IMG/VR virus record: IMGVR_UViG_2061766007_000491
Source: an uncultured virus (IMG/VR IMGVR_UViG_2061766007_000491)
Taxonomy: Duplodnaviria > Heunggongvirae > Uroviricota > Caudoviricetes
DNA length: 64,000 bases
Reading direction: 5' to 3' (one strand)
Part shown: in pieces, positions 55,909-63,943 of the stretch
Layout of the letters: every line of letters begins with the position of its first letter
Numbering within the stretch: the stretch's first letter is position 1
Notes under the pieces: model-generated
Told to the model about the DNA's origin: nothing
What the model saw: only the letters and a program-made list of their open reading frames with translations
Databases searched by the model: none
Translations under genes and position numbers: made by a program

Positions 55909-57056
55909 CCCACCTGACTGAGAGCATACTAAGGGAGCGGTTTAGCAAGGGAGCTATACCGATTAAAAATAATTTCACAAAACCACTTGACACAAAATCG
56001 AGTGTGTTATACAATGATTTCGCCTTGAGGGTTAAGCGTTGTGTTGCTTGCGGGTTAGCCGAGAGAAGGTCATGGCTGCCTGTAACACCGCACGGAGACT
56101 TAACCGCCAGGGTATGCGTGATAGGCAGATGTCCGTCATTCCGAGAGGGGTGCGAGGGACACTCCTTCCCCAAAGGGTCATACAGATACAATCTGATGCA
56201 AGAATACAAGCGTATATTTGGTATTGAACAGGAACCTTTATGGTACTCCTACGCAACCTATTGTGATTGCGGTACGGAGAGACCATCCTATTCAGAGATC
56301 GCTTGTTGCCGTGCATACAAGGCTATGGAATTATCCATGCTGGAAAGGGTTGATGTTATATTCTTGTGGGGACTATCCGCAGTACGGTCTCTACTGGATG
56401 TGCCTTATACACATATTAGTGATGTATTAGGGTACACCTACGAAACTGTGCTGGCTAACCGAACAGCGTGGCTTATCCCAACGCTTCATCCCATAAGCCT
56501 GGGGTGGCGTACCAGAGTGCTGGGGCGTTGGGTGAATGAGTGTTTGAGTGTCTTAGTAAGAGATACCCTTGCTAAGAAGCTCACCTCTGCCGTTCGGGTT
56601 ATGTGCAATACGGTGCAAACAGGTGTGTGCGATACAGCGGAGGGCGTTTCCCGAAGCGAGAGTACCGCTCTTCCCACACAATATGGTCATTCTACAACAG
56701 AGACCACTCTTTCTACAGAGGGTCACTCTGCTATGGAATCCCACCCTTTTGATGCCCACCAAGGTGCTACAGAGAGGTGTGAGAGTGGGAACCATGTTCG
56801 TATCACTGATAACCACACCACTACAGAACCCACCTTTGTTACACAAAAACAGGGTGGTTCCACAGTGGTTTCTTACCATGATACAGAATCCACACCTAAG
56901 TGCTTGGAAACAAGCACACTACACCGTACTTGGAACCAAGTAACGGTTAATAAAAAGACTATAGTGTATAATAATCATTGTAATATGTATTCGATAATGA
57001 ATTGTAATAATTCATTAGCGAACTTATCAATGCACAATGTGCATTTGATAACCTGA
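55905..57056 (+). CDS. Family-4 uracil-DNA glycosylase-like protein with low-complexity extension
   Basis: CVAC.L.......P..G....V.VIG..P...E...G..F, EIACC, IPTLHP; last ~150 aa are Thr/His/Ser-rich. Confidence 0.65.
   Translation: MTHLTESILRERFSKGAIPIKNNFTKPLDTKSSVLYNDFALRVKRCVACGLAERRSWLPVTPHGDLTARVCVIGRCPSFREGCEGHSFPKGSYRYNLMQEYKRIFGIEQEPLWYSYATYCDCGTERPSYSEIACCRAYKAMELSMLERVDVIFLWGLSAVRSLLDVPYTHISDVLGYTYETVLANRTAWLIPTLHPISLGWRTRVLGRWVNECLSVLVRDTLAKKLTSAVRVMCNTVQTGVCDTAEGVSRSESTALPTQYGHSTTETTLSTEGHSAMESHPFDAHQGATERCESGNHVRITDNHTTTEPTFVTQKQGGSTVVSYHDTESTPKCLETSTLHRTWNQVTVNKKTIVYNNHCNMYSIMNCNNSLANLSMHNVHLIT
55965..56015 (+). promoter_or_regulatory. Near-consensus sigma70 promoter inside the UDG-like ORF
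   Basis: TTGACA (55987)-17 nt-TACAAT (56010) with upstream A-tract. Confidence 0.5.
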
Positions 57057-57787
57057 TAAGTGGAGTGTTACACCCCCAGTGTAACCTACACTCCACTACA
57101 GTAGTAGTAATACATACATAGTATGAATAGGGGTTGTTAGGGGAATTAAGGTGAGGGAGTGCTGAGGTGAGCGTTGAGTGAGGCTGAGAGAGGCGGAGCG
57201 AGAGGTGGGCTGAGGCACGAACGGAACGGAGAGGAACCTGACGATTGAAACGAAACTGTGGTGGATGAAAGTGGGCAAAGCTCGAAAGGCTGGGTTGTCT
57301 TGAGATAAGAAGAGACGAGTAGAGCGAGGGGTGTGCTGGACAGGAATAGAACCCTGGACTCCATTTGCTGTGAAAAGTCAGTAAAAAGGACGGAACACTG
57401 CGGTCAGATACACGATCGCCCGTCTGAGGCTCTGAGAAGGCGTTAGAGACGTTTTGATGGGTTAGGTGATATGGTGATACCACCCAGACCATAAAAACCG
57501 CTCACAGGTCAATTCTGTGCGTTTTTGAAGGCAACGGTGAACAAGTGCGAGTGTTGCATTGCCCGACAGGTATGAAGCTGATACCGCCGTGAGGGTACAG
57601 CAGGCGCAAACCTGTGGGATGGCTGTAGGGATGGAAAGGCCCGATATTGAAGCGAAGGATGAATGGTATAACGGAGAAAGAGGGCTGCCGTACTGAGAAG
57701 GGTCGGCAAGTGAACTTTGAGTGAATGGATGGATGCTCTGGGATGGGCATGGAAACGAGAATGTAAGTGGAATGGATGGAATGGAAT
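56940..57787. other. Candidate replication origin or genome-end region
   Basis: AT-rich tract, three stacked inverted repeats (56995..57097), abrupt switch to purine/G-rich non-coding DNA. Confidence 0.45.
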
Positions 57788-58015
57788 ATGAGTGAGAATA
57801 CAGAGCCTCGTGAGAAGAGGCGGTACAGCAGACCGTACAAGGATTGCTCTGGTGTCCCGTACAGGACATTTGGGGTGAGGGTACACGGCTATGAATGGGA
57901 GTATCTGAAAAAGGCAGCGAAGGGTGCGAACAAGACTGTTAGCTCTTTTGTAAGGAGCAGGTTATCGGACGTGCTTGAGGATGCCAGGAAGGAGCGGTTA
58001 TGTTCGGCTGGGTAA
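57788..58015 (+). CDS. Ribbon-helix-helix DNA-binding protein
   Basis: FGVRV...EWEYLKKAA......VSSFVRSRL. Confidence 0.7.
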   Translation: MSENTEPREKRRYSRPYKDCSGVPYRTFGVRVHGYEWEYLKKAAKGANKTVSSFVRSRLSDVLEDARKERLCSAG

Positions 58016-58671
58016 GGAGTCTGGTAGGGTGCAAGTGTGCTGAGAAGGACATAGAGATCAGCCAGTTACAGGGTGGAATGGAAACCTGGATGAACAAGTG
58101 CTATGATGCGGAAGGACGCATCAGGGAGCTTGAACAGGAAGCAGCGACTGAGAAGGACATCAGGCAGACATTAGAGAAGGGTCTGAACGAGAAGGAAGTG
58201 GAACTGAGGCGCAAGAGTGACTTGGTAGAATCGTTAGAGAAGCAAGTGCGTGATCTGACGGCAGATAACGGTCAATGGGCGAGCAAGTTTGACTTCTTGC
58301 ACACGGAGAAGGTGAAGTGTTGTGATCGTGTGAAGGAATTGGAGCGGGAGAACGCTGAATTGAAGCAGACGATAAGCAACATGAACGAAGAGCGGACGAT
58401 GCTGTGCAATCAGATACAAAAGCTGATGGATGACAAGCGTGGGTTAGAGGAGCAGATAGCGGAGTTATATCGGAAAGTGGAGGCGTTAGAGAAGGAGCGA
58501 GAGGACTTGCGCAAGACGTTAGAGCAGCGGACAGAGGAAATGGACGTGATGGAGGACAGGGCGAGTGCTGCTAGGATAGCGTCTGGCAAGGTAGATATAG
58601 CTGACATTGAGACGGATGTGAAGAAGCGCAGAAAGTCTGTCAAGGCAGAGGCGAAAAAAAGGTCAAAATAA
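58000..58671 (+). CDS. Long coiled-coil protein
   Basis: Continuous heptad, E/K/Q-rich. Confidence 0.75.
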   Translation: MFGWVRSLVGCKCAEKDIEISQLQGGMETWMNKCYDAEGRIRELEQEAATEKDIRQTLEKGLNEKEVELRRKSDLVESLEKQVRDLTADNGQWASKFDFLHTEKVKCCDRVKELERENAELKQTISNMNEERTMLCNQIQKLMDDKRGLEEQIAELYRKVEALEKEREDLRKTLEQRTEEMDVMEDRASAARIASGKVDIADIETDVKKRRKSVKAEAKKRSK

Positions 58672-58710
58672 TTGTAGAAAAAACGCCTCGAAAAGTATAT
58701 ATATGAGATA
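58665..58710 (+). promoter_or_regulatory. Repeated promoter-like motif, copy 2
   Basis: AAAATAATTGTAGAAAAAACG-N11-ATATATATGAGATA, directly upstream of the candidate ncRNA. Confidence 0.6.
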
Positions 58711-58711
58711 G

Positions 58712-59331
58712 AAGCCCGTGAGAGCGGGCAATGATTTACAGGCGAGGCGACCTGTAGGGCTTAGACGGTGTTATGGTGTCTGAGAACGCACAACGAGTAT
58801 AAGGACGCTGACCGATTGAAGTGACGTGCTGTAACGTGAAAGCGACTGCTAAGCTGAGTTATCAACCTCGCTTGTTTACGCAGACGAAGTGCTGTATAAG
58901 GTACACGCTAAGGCTGGCTGAAACGGCATGATAGAGTAAGCTGGTTTATCCTGAAAGGGATAGGGTATATTGGAGAAGCATAGAGTCTGTGAGCATGGTA
59001 TGAGTCCATTGGATAGGTACTCTCCTGTATGTTGTCTCTGGAATAGACAGCATAAGTCTCTAACGAAGGGACAGTATTAGTGCAGGGCTTGTATCGTGTG
59101 AAGGGCGAGCATAGGTCACTAATCGTGAATCGCCAACAGCGGGAGACCGTTGCCTCGGAAACGAGGAGGATATTGTGGAAGCCTGTGCTTTGCTTGAGCC
59201 GTGCAGTATGCGGACAATAACTTGGCTGCATGGCGAGTGTCTGGTCTGGTAAACCGAAAGTCACTCTGGACTGGATGCGAAGGGCCACCTACTGTGGGGA
59301 GTGGAGTGTTTGAACTTGATTCCCCACTTTT
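58712..59331 (+). ncRNA. Candidate large structured non-coding RNA (~620 nt)
   Basis: No credible ORF; more than ten stems, four closed by GAGA/GAAA tetraloops; ends in a terminator. Confidence 0.65.
59294..59331 (+). terminator. Rho-independent terminator closing the candidate ncRNA
   Basis: GTGGGGAGT...ATTCCCCAC-TTTT. Confidence 0.7.
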
Positions 59332-59344
59332 ACTAATAGAGTGT

Positions 59345-59485
59345 ATGAAGGTACGAATTGAAATAGACACGGATACCGATAAGGTCGAGGTCAAGAAAGA
59401 CGAAGCGAAGGTTGAGAGTCAAAAGACGATGAACCTGAACGAAGTTGTTAGAGACGAGGCGAAGGGTCAAGCGATCAATGAGTAG
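59345..59485 (+). CDS. Small hypothetical protein (46 aa)
   Basis: MKVRIEIDT...; starts after the terminator and overlaps the next start. Confidence 0.55.
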   Translation: MKVRIEIDTDTDKVEVKKDEAKVESQKTMNLNEVVRDEAKGQAINE

Positions 59486-59921
59486 TTTGAATGCGGTGAC
59501 AGGTCTGACGGTACGGTGGAAGCGGTTGCATGAGGATGCGAAGCCACCTTTGCGGGTAGCTGCGAGTGTGCCTGTATATGACTTGTTCTGTTACAAGTAC
59601 GAAGAGATCGTTGAGGGGATGCTGGTGTACGATGGTTATTACAGATACCATACTGGCATTGTGTTTGAAGTTCCTGATTATTGGGCTGGGTTCTTATTCC
59701 CTCGGAGCAGTATTTATACGGTGGGGATGGACTTAGCGAACAGTGTAGGGATAATCAGGAGTGATTCACGAGGTGAGGTCGTATTTAACTATCGGGCATT
59801 GAGCCATAGACACTATGTAGCTGGACACAGGATAGGTCAAGTGGTGTTCATGCCATTGGGTGATGCGATACTGGAAGAGGTTGAGGAATTGACTCAATAC
59901 TGGAAGAAGTTGAAAAGTTGA
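59478..59921 (+). CDS. dut: Trimeric dUTPase-like protein, degenerate
   Basis: YDL, HTGI, PRSS, LANSVGII...RGEV, RIGQ; motif III altered and motif V absent. Confidence 0.75.
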   Translation: MSSLNAVTGLTVRWKRLHEDAKPPLRVAASVPVYDLFCYKYEEIVEGMLVYDGYYRYHTGIVFEVPDYWAGFLFPRSSIYTVGMDLANSVGIIRSDSRGEVVFNYRALSHRHYVAGHRIGQVVFMPLGDAILEEVEELTQYWKKLKS

Positions 59922-59923
59922 CG

Positions 59924-60280
59924 ATGAATGCTTTGAAAGAGGATGTGCTGAGGGTACTGGACAATTATCACGGGTACTGTGAAGATGAACGGTTCAGCGA
60001 ATACATTGAGGGTGACGGCAAGCCTAGAGAGTATTTTGAGGATAAAGCGCAGTATGCACGGATGATATTGCAAGACGTGTTAAAGATGGGCGATAGTCAG
60101 GAACAGTATGACACACTGATACCGATGATGGATGTGTGGGATAGTCTGATGACACGGCACACTTGGGACACGGAAGCGCAAGAAGAGTTGTTCGGTGATA
60201 TGTTTGTGAACGAGCTATTAAGGCGACTAGGCTGGACGCAGGTGTCAGAGGATTGCTGGCGTGGGACAAACTTTTTTTAG
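59924..60280 (+). CDS. Hypothetical protein (paralogue pair A1)
   Basis: IPMMD...EELF.DMF..ELLRRLGW shared with the next gene. Confidence 0.65.
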   Translation: MNALKEDVLRVLDNYHGYCEDERFSEYIEGDGKPREYFEDKAQYARMILQDVLKMGDSQEQYDTLIPMMDVWDSLMTRHTWDTEAQEELFGDMFVNELLRRLGWTQVSEDCWRGTNFF

Positions 60281-60291
60281 AGGTGAGTGAT

Positions 60292-60681
60292 ATGTTTGTG
60301 AATGATACGGATATAAATGTGAACGAACATTACGAGGTGGGTGCAGACGATAAGGTACTGTATGAAGTGAACAAAGCCCTGATGCAATATCATTACACGG
60401 AAGAGGGTCACGATATAGAGAAGGATGATTTCGACTCGAAAGAGAAGGGCGAGATCATTGACAGATTGAGTGACTTTCTGGGTGTAGAACTGCGGATGTG
60501 GGACATGATACCCCTGATGGACTTATACAGTAGGATTAAGCGAGACGTGAGCTTTAGCTGTAAGAGCGAAGAGGTCTTGTTTAATAATATGTATGCCCAT
60601 GAGGTTTTGAGAAAAATAGGCTTTATAGAAGAGAGTGATTCCTGGGTTAAGGATAAAACGACTCTGATAGAAAAAGAATAG
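60292..60681 (+). CDS. Hypothetical protein (paralogue pair A2)
   Basis: IPLMD...EEVLF.NMY..EVLRKIGF. Confidence 0.65.
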   Translation: MFVNDTDINVNEHYEVGADDKVLYEVNKALMQYHYTEEGHDIEKDDFDSKEKGEIIDRLSDFLGVELRMWDMIPLMDLYSRIKRDVSFSCKSEEVLFNNMYAHEVLRKIGFIEESDSWVKDKTTLIEKE

Positions 60682-60682
60682 T

Positions 60683-60964
60683 ATGCTGGATTGCGGGTTG
60701 GATTTGCCATTAGGAACTAAGTTCCGCTTAGTGAGTGCAGTGGACAGTGAGCATCCAGTGACATGGGTGCAGGTGACTGAGGTGAATAAAGCGGATAAAG
60801 AACCGAGGGATAGCAAAACGCTTTGTGAAAAGAATTGTTTTTTCTGGAAGCATTGCAGTTGGCGGTTCCAGAGCAGGTACACTTCTATTGTAAGTGAGGT
60901 GACACCGATATGCAGCAGACATTTCAGAGCCGATGGGAAGGACGTGTTTTTTAAGGTATGTTAA
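60683..60964 (+). CDS. Small Cys-rich protein (triplet B1)
   Basis: LDLPLGT...C..C...C....R.DGKDVFFK. Confidence 0.7.
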   Translation: MLDCGLDLPLGTKFRLVSAVDSEHPVTWVQVTEVNKADKEPRDSKTLCEKNCFFWKHCSWRFQSRYTSIVSEVTPICSRHFRADGKDVFFKVC

Positions 60965-61188
60965 AACTGGATTTACCTATAGGCACAGAGTTTAATGTGA
61001 CTACTGATGAAGGGACTAAGACCTTTAGGGTGGTTAAGTTAGATACAATGATACATGATTGTGCTATGTGTCCTTTTGGTGGTTCTGACCTCTGCGATAG
61101 ATCGGATGATAAAGTGGTGTGTTGTGATAATGACAGAGCGGATGGCAAGGATGTGTACTTTGAAGAGGTGAAGGATGTTAGAGATTGA
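60958..61188 (+). CDS. Small Cys-rich protein (triplet B2)
   Basis: LDLPIGT...CAMC...C...RADGKDVYFEEV. Confidence 0.7.
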   Translation: MLKLDLPIGTEFNVTTDEGTKTFRVVKLDTMIHDCAMCPFGGSDLCDRSDDKVVCCDNDRADGKDVYFEEVKDVRD

Positions 61189-61417
61189 GATACCCTTGGG
61201 GACACGGATATGTGTGCGGAAGGGCGATCACTATGCCGACTATGAGTTAGTGGAGGGTGACGCTTGTAATAAGTGTGGACTGTATGCGTATTGCGATAAC
61301 GGCAGAATGAGCGAGGAGAATGATATATCTTTTCTGTGTGGCCGTTATGTACGCAGTGACAGTAAGGATGTGTATTTTAAGAAAGTGATTAAGAGGAAGA
61401 GGAAGAGCAATGAATAA
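61175..61417 (+). CDS. Small Cys-rich protein (triplet B3)
   Basis: IEIPLGT...CNKC...C...RSDSKDVYFKKV. Confidence 0.7.
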   Translation: MLEIEIPLGTRICVRKGDHYADYELVEGDACNKCGLYAYCDNGRMSEENDISFLCGRYVRSDSKDVYFKKVIKRKRKSNE

Positions 61418-61826
61418 CGAGCCAGAGAGTTTCAGGAATGCGGTTCATGCGTTGAATAAGCCACAGCGAGAACAATTAGATGCTCGACTTGCTTGTGTTG
61501 TAAATCGCTGGGACACCTTGAAAAACAATGGTGGCGGGATTGCTTGGGACGAGCTAAGTGGCTTTTTTGATTGGGCGAGAGAGGAATTAGCAGAAGCCTA
61601 TTGGGATATGTTTGAACAGCGGTTTCTCAATGGCGAGAAGGGTCATAGAACGCCAGGTGGGTGTGACAAAGCAGAGCAAGCGGATGTGGATGATGTAGAG
61701 CCTGATGTGCCTTATGTAGATAACCATTTGAATGAGCCGAAGCGGATTCCTTTTTATAGAACGTGTTTGATGGCGATTAGCTCGATAGTGGATAAGGCGT
61801 TAGAGGAAGGAGACAAGCATGAGTAG
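61410..61826 (+). CDS. Hypothetical protein (triplet C1)
   Basis: FFDWAREELAEAYWDMFE motif shared with the next two genes. Confidence 0.65.
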   Translation: MNNEPESFRNAVHALNKPQREQLDARLACVVNRWDTLKNNGGGIAWDELSGFFDWAREELAEAYWDMFEQRFLNGEKGHRTPGGCDKAEQADVDDVEPDVPYVDNHLNEPKRIPFYRTCLMAISSIVDKALEEGDKHE

Positions 61827-62178
61827 CACTCCTGACTTTGTAAGGTGGGCAAGAGACCTGAGCTTGACACAGGGAGAGAAGCTGGATGATGCGCTAAACA
61901 ATGTTTTGGTGCATTACATGAAGGTGATGGGTACAAGTGAACTGCAACATTTTTATAACTATGCCAGACAGGAACTAGCTTGTGCGTTCTGGCAGGTGTA
62001 TGAAGAGATAAAAAAGGATGACCCCTTTGATTTGAAGCGTTATAAGGGGGACATACCTGAGTATATGGGCGGTGGGATGCCTAAGAAGCCCGAAGTGATC
62101 GTGACGGGTTTGGATAATAATACAACACCGTATGAGAACCCTGTGAGTGGTGGAACGACAAAGACATATCCAAGATGA
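61819..62178 (+). CDS. Hypothetical protein (triplet C2)
   Basis: FYNYARQELACAFWQVYE. Confidence 0.65.
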   Translation: MSSTPDFVRWARDLSLTQGEKLDDALNNVLVHYMKVMGTSELQHFYNYARQELACAFWQVYEEIKKDDPFDLKRYKGDIPEYMGGGMPKKPEVIVTGLDNNTTPYENPVSGGTTKTYPR

Positions 62179-62783
62179 CAACGGTAGATTTATATATTAA
62201 AGAGGCTAAGAAACTAAACAGACATAACAATTCTTGGGTGAACTATGCCTTGAGACTTGTGTTACAGGAATACGAAAAGCTGGATAAAAGCGATGATGAG
62301 TCTGTGGAACGGTTTTATACTTGGGCTATGGAGACGTTATGTCCAGCATTCTGGGGTGTTTATGAAATGCACTTCCTGTATGGTGATCGTGACCCTGAGC
62401 AGTGGTTAAAAGAGAATACGGGTTTTCTGTATCGCTTAGAGAGACTGCTGATAGACGGCAAGGGCGAGGCTTTGAAGCAGATGCGTGATAAGTTGCCGAT
62501 GTTGTTTAATATGCCTTCTGCTGAGGATGTGCCAGCCGAGGAAGTGATGTGTACTTGTGATGGTGACTGTAGCAGGTGCGATGGTCAGCAAGTGGAGTGT
62601 AAAGATTGCAAGTATTGTGGGGATATTCCAGACGATGAAAAGGTAGCGTGTACCTGTGAGGATGGGGACTGTATGGATTGCAATGGGCAGAATGTGGCGT
62701 GTAAGGATTGCAAGTATGGTGGGTGTAAGAAGGATATAGATGGTGATATGCCTGTGATGGGTGTAGATGTGAGGGTTCCATGA
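62175..62783 (+). CDS. Hypothetical protein (triplet C3) with duplicated Cys-rich tail
   Basis: FYTWAMETLCPAFWGVYE; CTC.(D)GDC..C.GQ.V.CKDCKY present twice. Confidence 0.65.
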   Translation: MTTVDLYIKEAKKLNRHNNSWVNYALRLVLQEYEKLDKSDDESVERFYTWAMETLCPAFWGVYEMHFLYGDRDPEQWLKENTGFLYRLERLLIDGKGEALKQMRDKLPMLFNMPSAEDVPAEEVMCTCDGDCSRCDGQQVECKDCKYCGDIPDDEKVACTCEDGDCMDCNGQNVACKDCKYGGCKKDIDGDMPVMGVDVRVP

Positions 62784-63133
62784 GTGATGTAGATTTTAGC
62801 GATATTAAGAAGGAATACGAGGATGCTTGTATCAGGTGTTTAGCGAAGAGTTCTGGCATACCAGAGAAGAAGCTGAGAGCCTATTATGAAGAGCAGCGTG
62901 AGTATTACAGGCGAAAACGAGAAGAAGCGAAAAAGCCTGTGGATGAAGCTATGTCCTTTGCGCTGGGTTCAATCCATGATGTGCTGGAAGGGCGTGAGAA
63001 GCAGAGACAAGAGCGAGAACGTGAACATGAGAAGCGTATAGAAGAGGTCAATAATAAGACTCGTGACTTCTTAAAGAAGCTGATAGATGCGGAGAAGGAG
63101 CGGATTATTGGAAAGGGAGACGTGTTGATATGA
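62780..63133 (+). CDS. Hypothetical charged helical protein
   Basis: Intact ORF with ATGA overlap. Confidence 0.6.
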   Translation: MSDVDFSDIKKEYEDACIRCLAKSSGIPEKKLRAYYEEQREYYRRKREEAKKPVDEAMSFALGSIHDVLEGREKQRQEREREHEKRIEEVNNKTRDFLKKLIDAEKERIIGKGDVLI

Positions 63134-63357
63134 GTGCGATAAATAAGCGTCAGTGGGTATCTTTAGACGATAATGACCTGCTTGTTGTCCTGAATAAATC
63201 CAGGGTAGTGAAGGGCGTGTATATGCTGAACAGCCAAGGTGCGTTAGTAAGTGCGACTTATAGCGATGTTGCGGGCGGTTGGATAGATGCGAATGAATTT
63301 GAATTGAAAAAGGGTGACGATGGTTGGGTTAAGATAAAAGGAAAGATATTATGTTAG
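63130..63357 (+). CDS. Hypothetical protein
   Basis: Intact ORF with ATGA overlap. Confidence 0.55.
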   Translation: MSAINKRQWVSLDDNDLLVVLNKSRVVKGVYMLNSQGALVSATYSDVAGGWIDANEFELKKGDDGWVKIKGKILC

Positions 63358-63563
63358 CTTATATATCTGATGAATGGTTCGTGTGCTGGTATGTGTTTGG
63401 GTTCTTTCTGGGTGCGTTTGGTGCGCTAGTGAACGGTGTAGCGATACACGAACAAAAGAAAGCATACAGCATACGGTTTGATACGGTGCTGTATTTTTGT
63501 TTATGTGTGGGTGCGATGGTGTTTAGCGGTGTGAAGCTGTTTTTGTTATGGCTGGCAAGATAA
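63351..63563 (+). CDS. Small two-TM membrane protein
   Basis: Two hydrophobic segments. Confidence 0.6.
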   Translation: MLAYISDEWFVCWYVFGFFLGAFGALVNGVAIHEQKKAYSIRFDTVLYFCLCVGAMVFSGVKLFLLWLAR

Positions 63564-63943
63564 AGGAATATAGAAGGGATTATAATACTTGGATTAAGTT
63601 TAATGGAAACGACCCCGTTGAATCAAGAGCCATGTTTTACTTTGAACTGGCTGAGTTATACGATCGCTACTGGAAAAAGGAATTGCTGATGTACGGACGA
63701 TGCGAGTGTTTGGTCTATGAGGAAGCTGGTTATGTAGAGATACGCTGTATAGAACGCAAGCATAGATTCTGGTTTGGTGAGAAGTGTAGTGCAATACGCA
63801 GGTTTAAGTTGCTGGATGACAAGCTCCATGTACTGATCTATATGGTGAAAGAAAGCATAGTAGATGATTGTATCATAGACAGAAGCACATCCTATAATCC
63901 GCATGATGGAACCGATGCAACAGTTGGAACTGTTCAAGGGTGA
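63548..63943 (+). CDS. Hypothetical protein
   Basis: Intact ORF. Confidence 0.55.
   Translation: MAGKIKEYRRDYNTWIKFNGNDPVESRAMFYFELAELYDRYWKKELLMYGRCECLVYEEAGYVEIRCIERKHRFWFGEKCSAIRRFKLLDDKLHVLIYMVKESIVDDCIIDRSTSYNPHDGTDATVGTVQG

Noticed and set aside
57130..57787. Second structured ncRNA in the purine-rich tract
   Set aside because: Too purine-biased, with only a few short stems; left as part of the origin/end candidate.
57100..59340. tRNA, tmRNA, RNase P or self-splicing intron
   Set aside because: No cloverleaf/T-loop, no RNase P GAGGAAAGTCC box, and no interrupted host gene recognised by eye; needs tRNAscan/Infernal to exclude formally.
59201..59344. 5' part of the 94-aa ORF
   Set aside because: Runs through the hairpins and terminator of the candidate ncRNA; real start is probably 59345.
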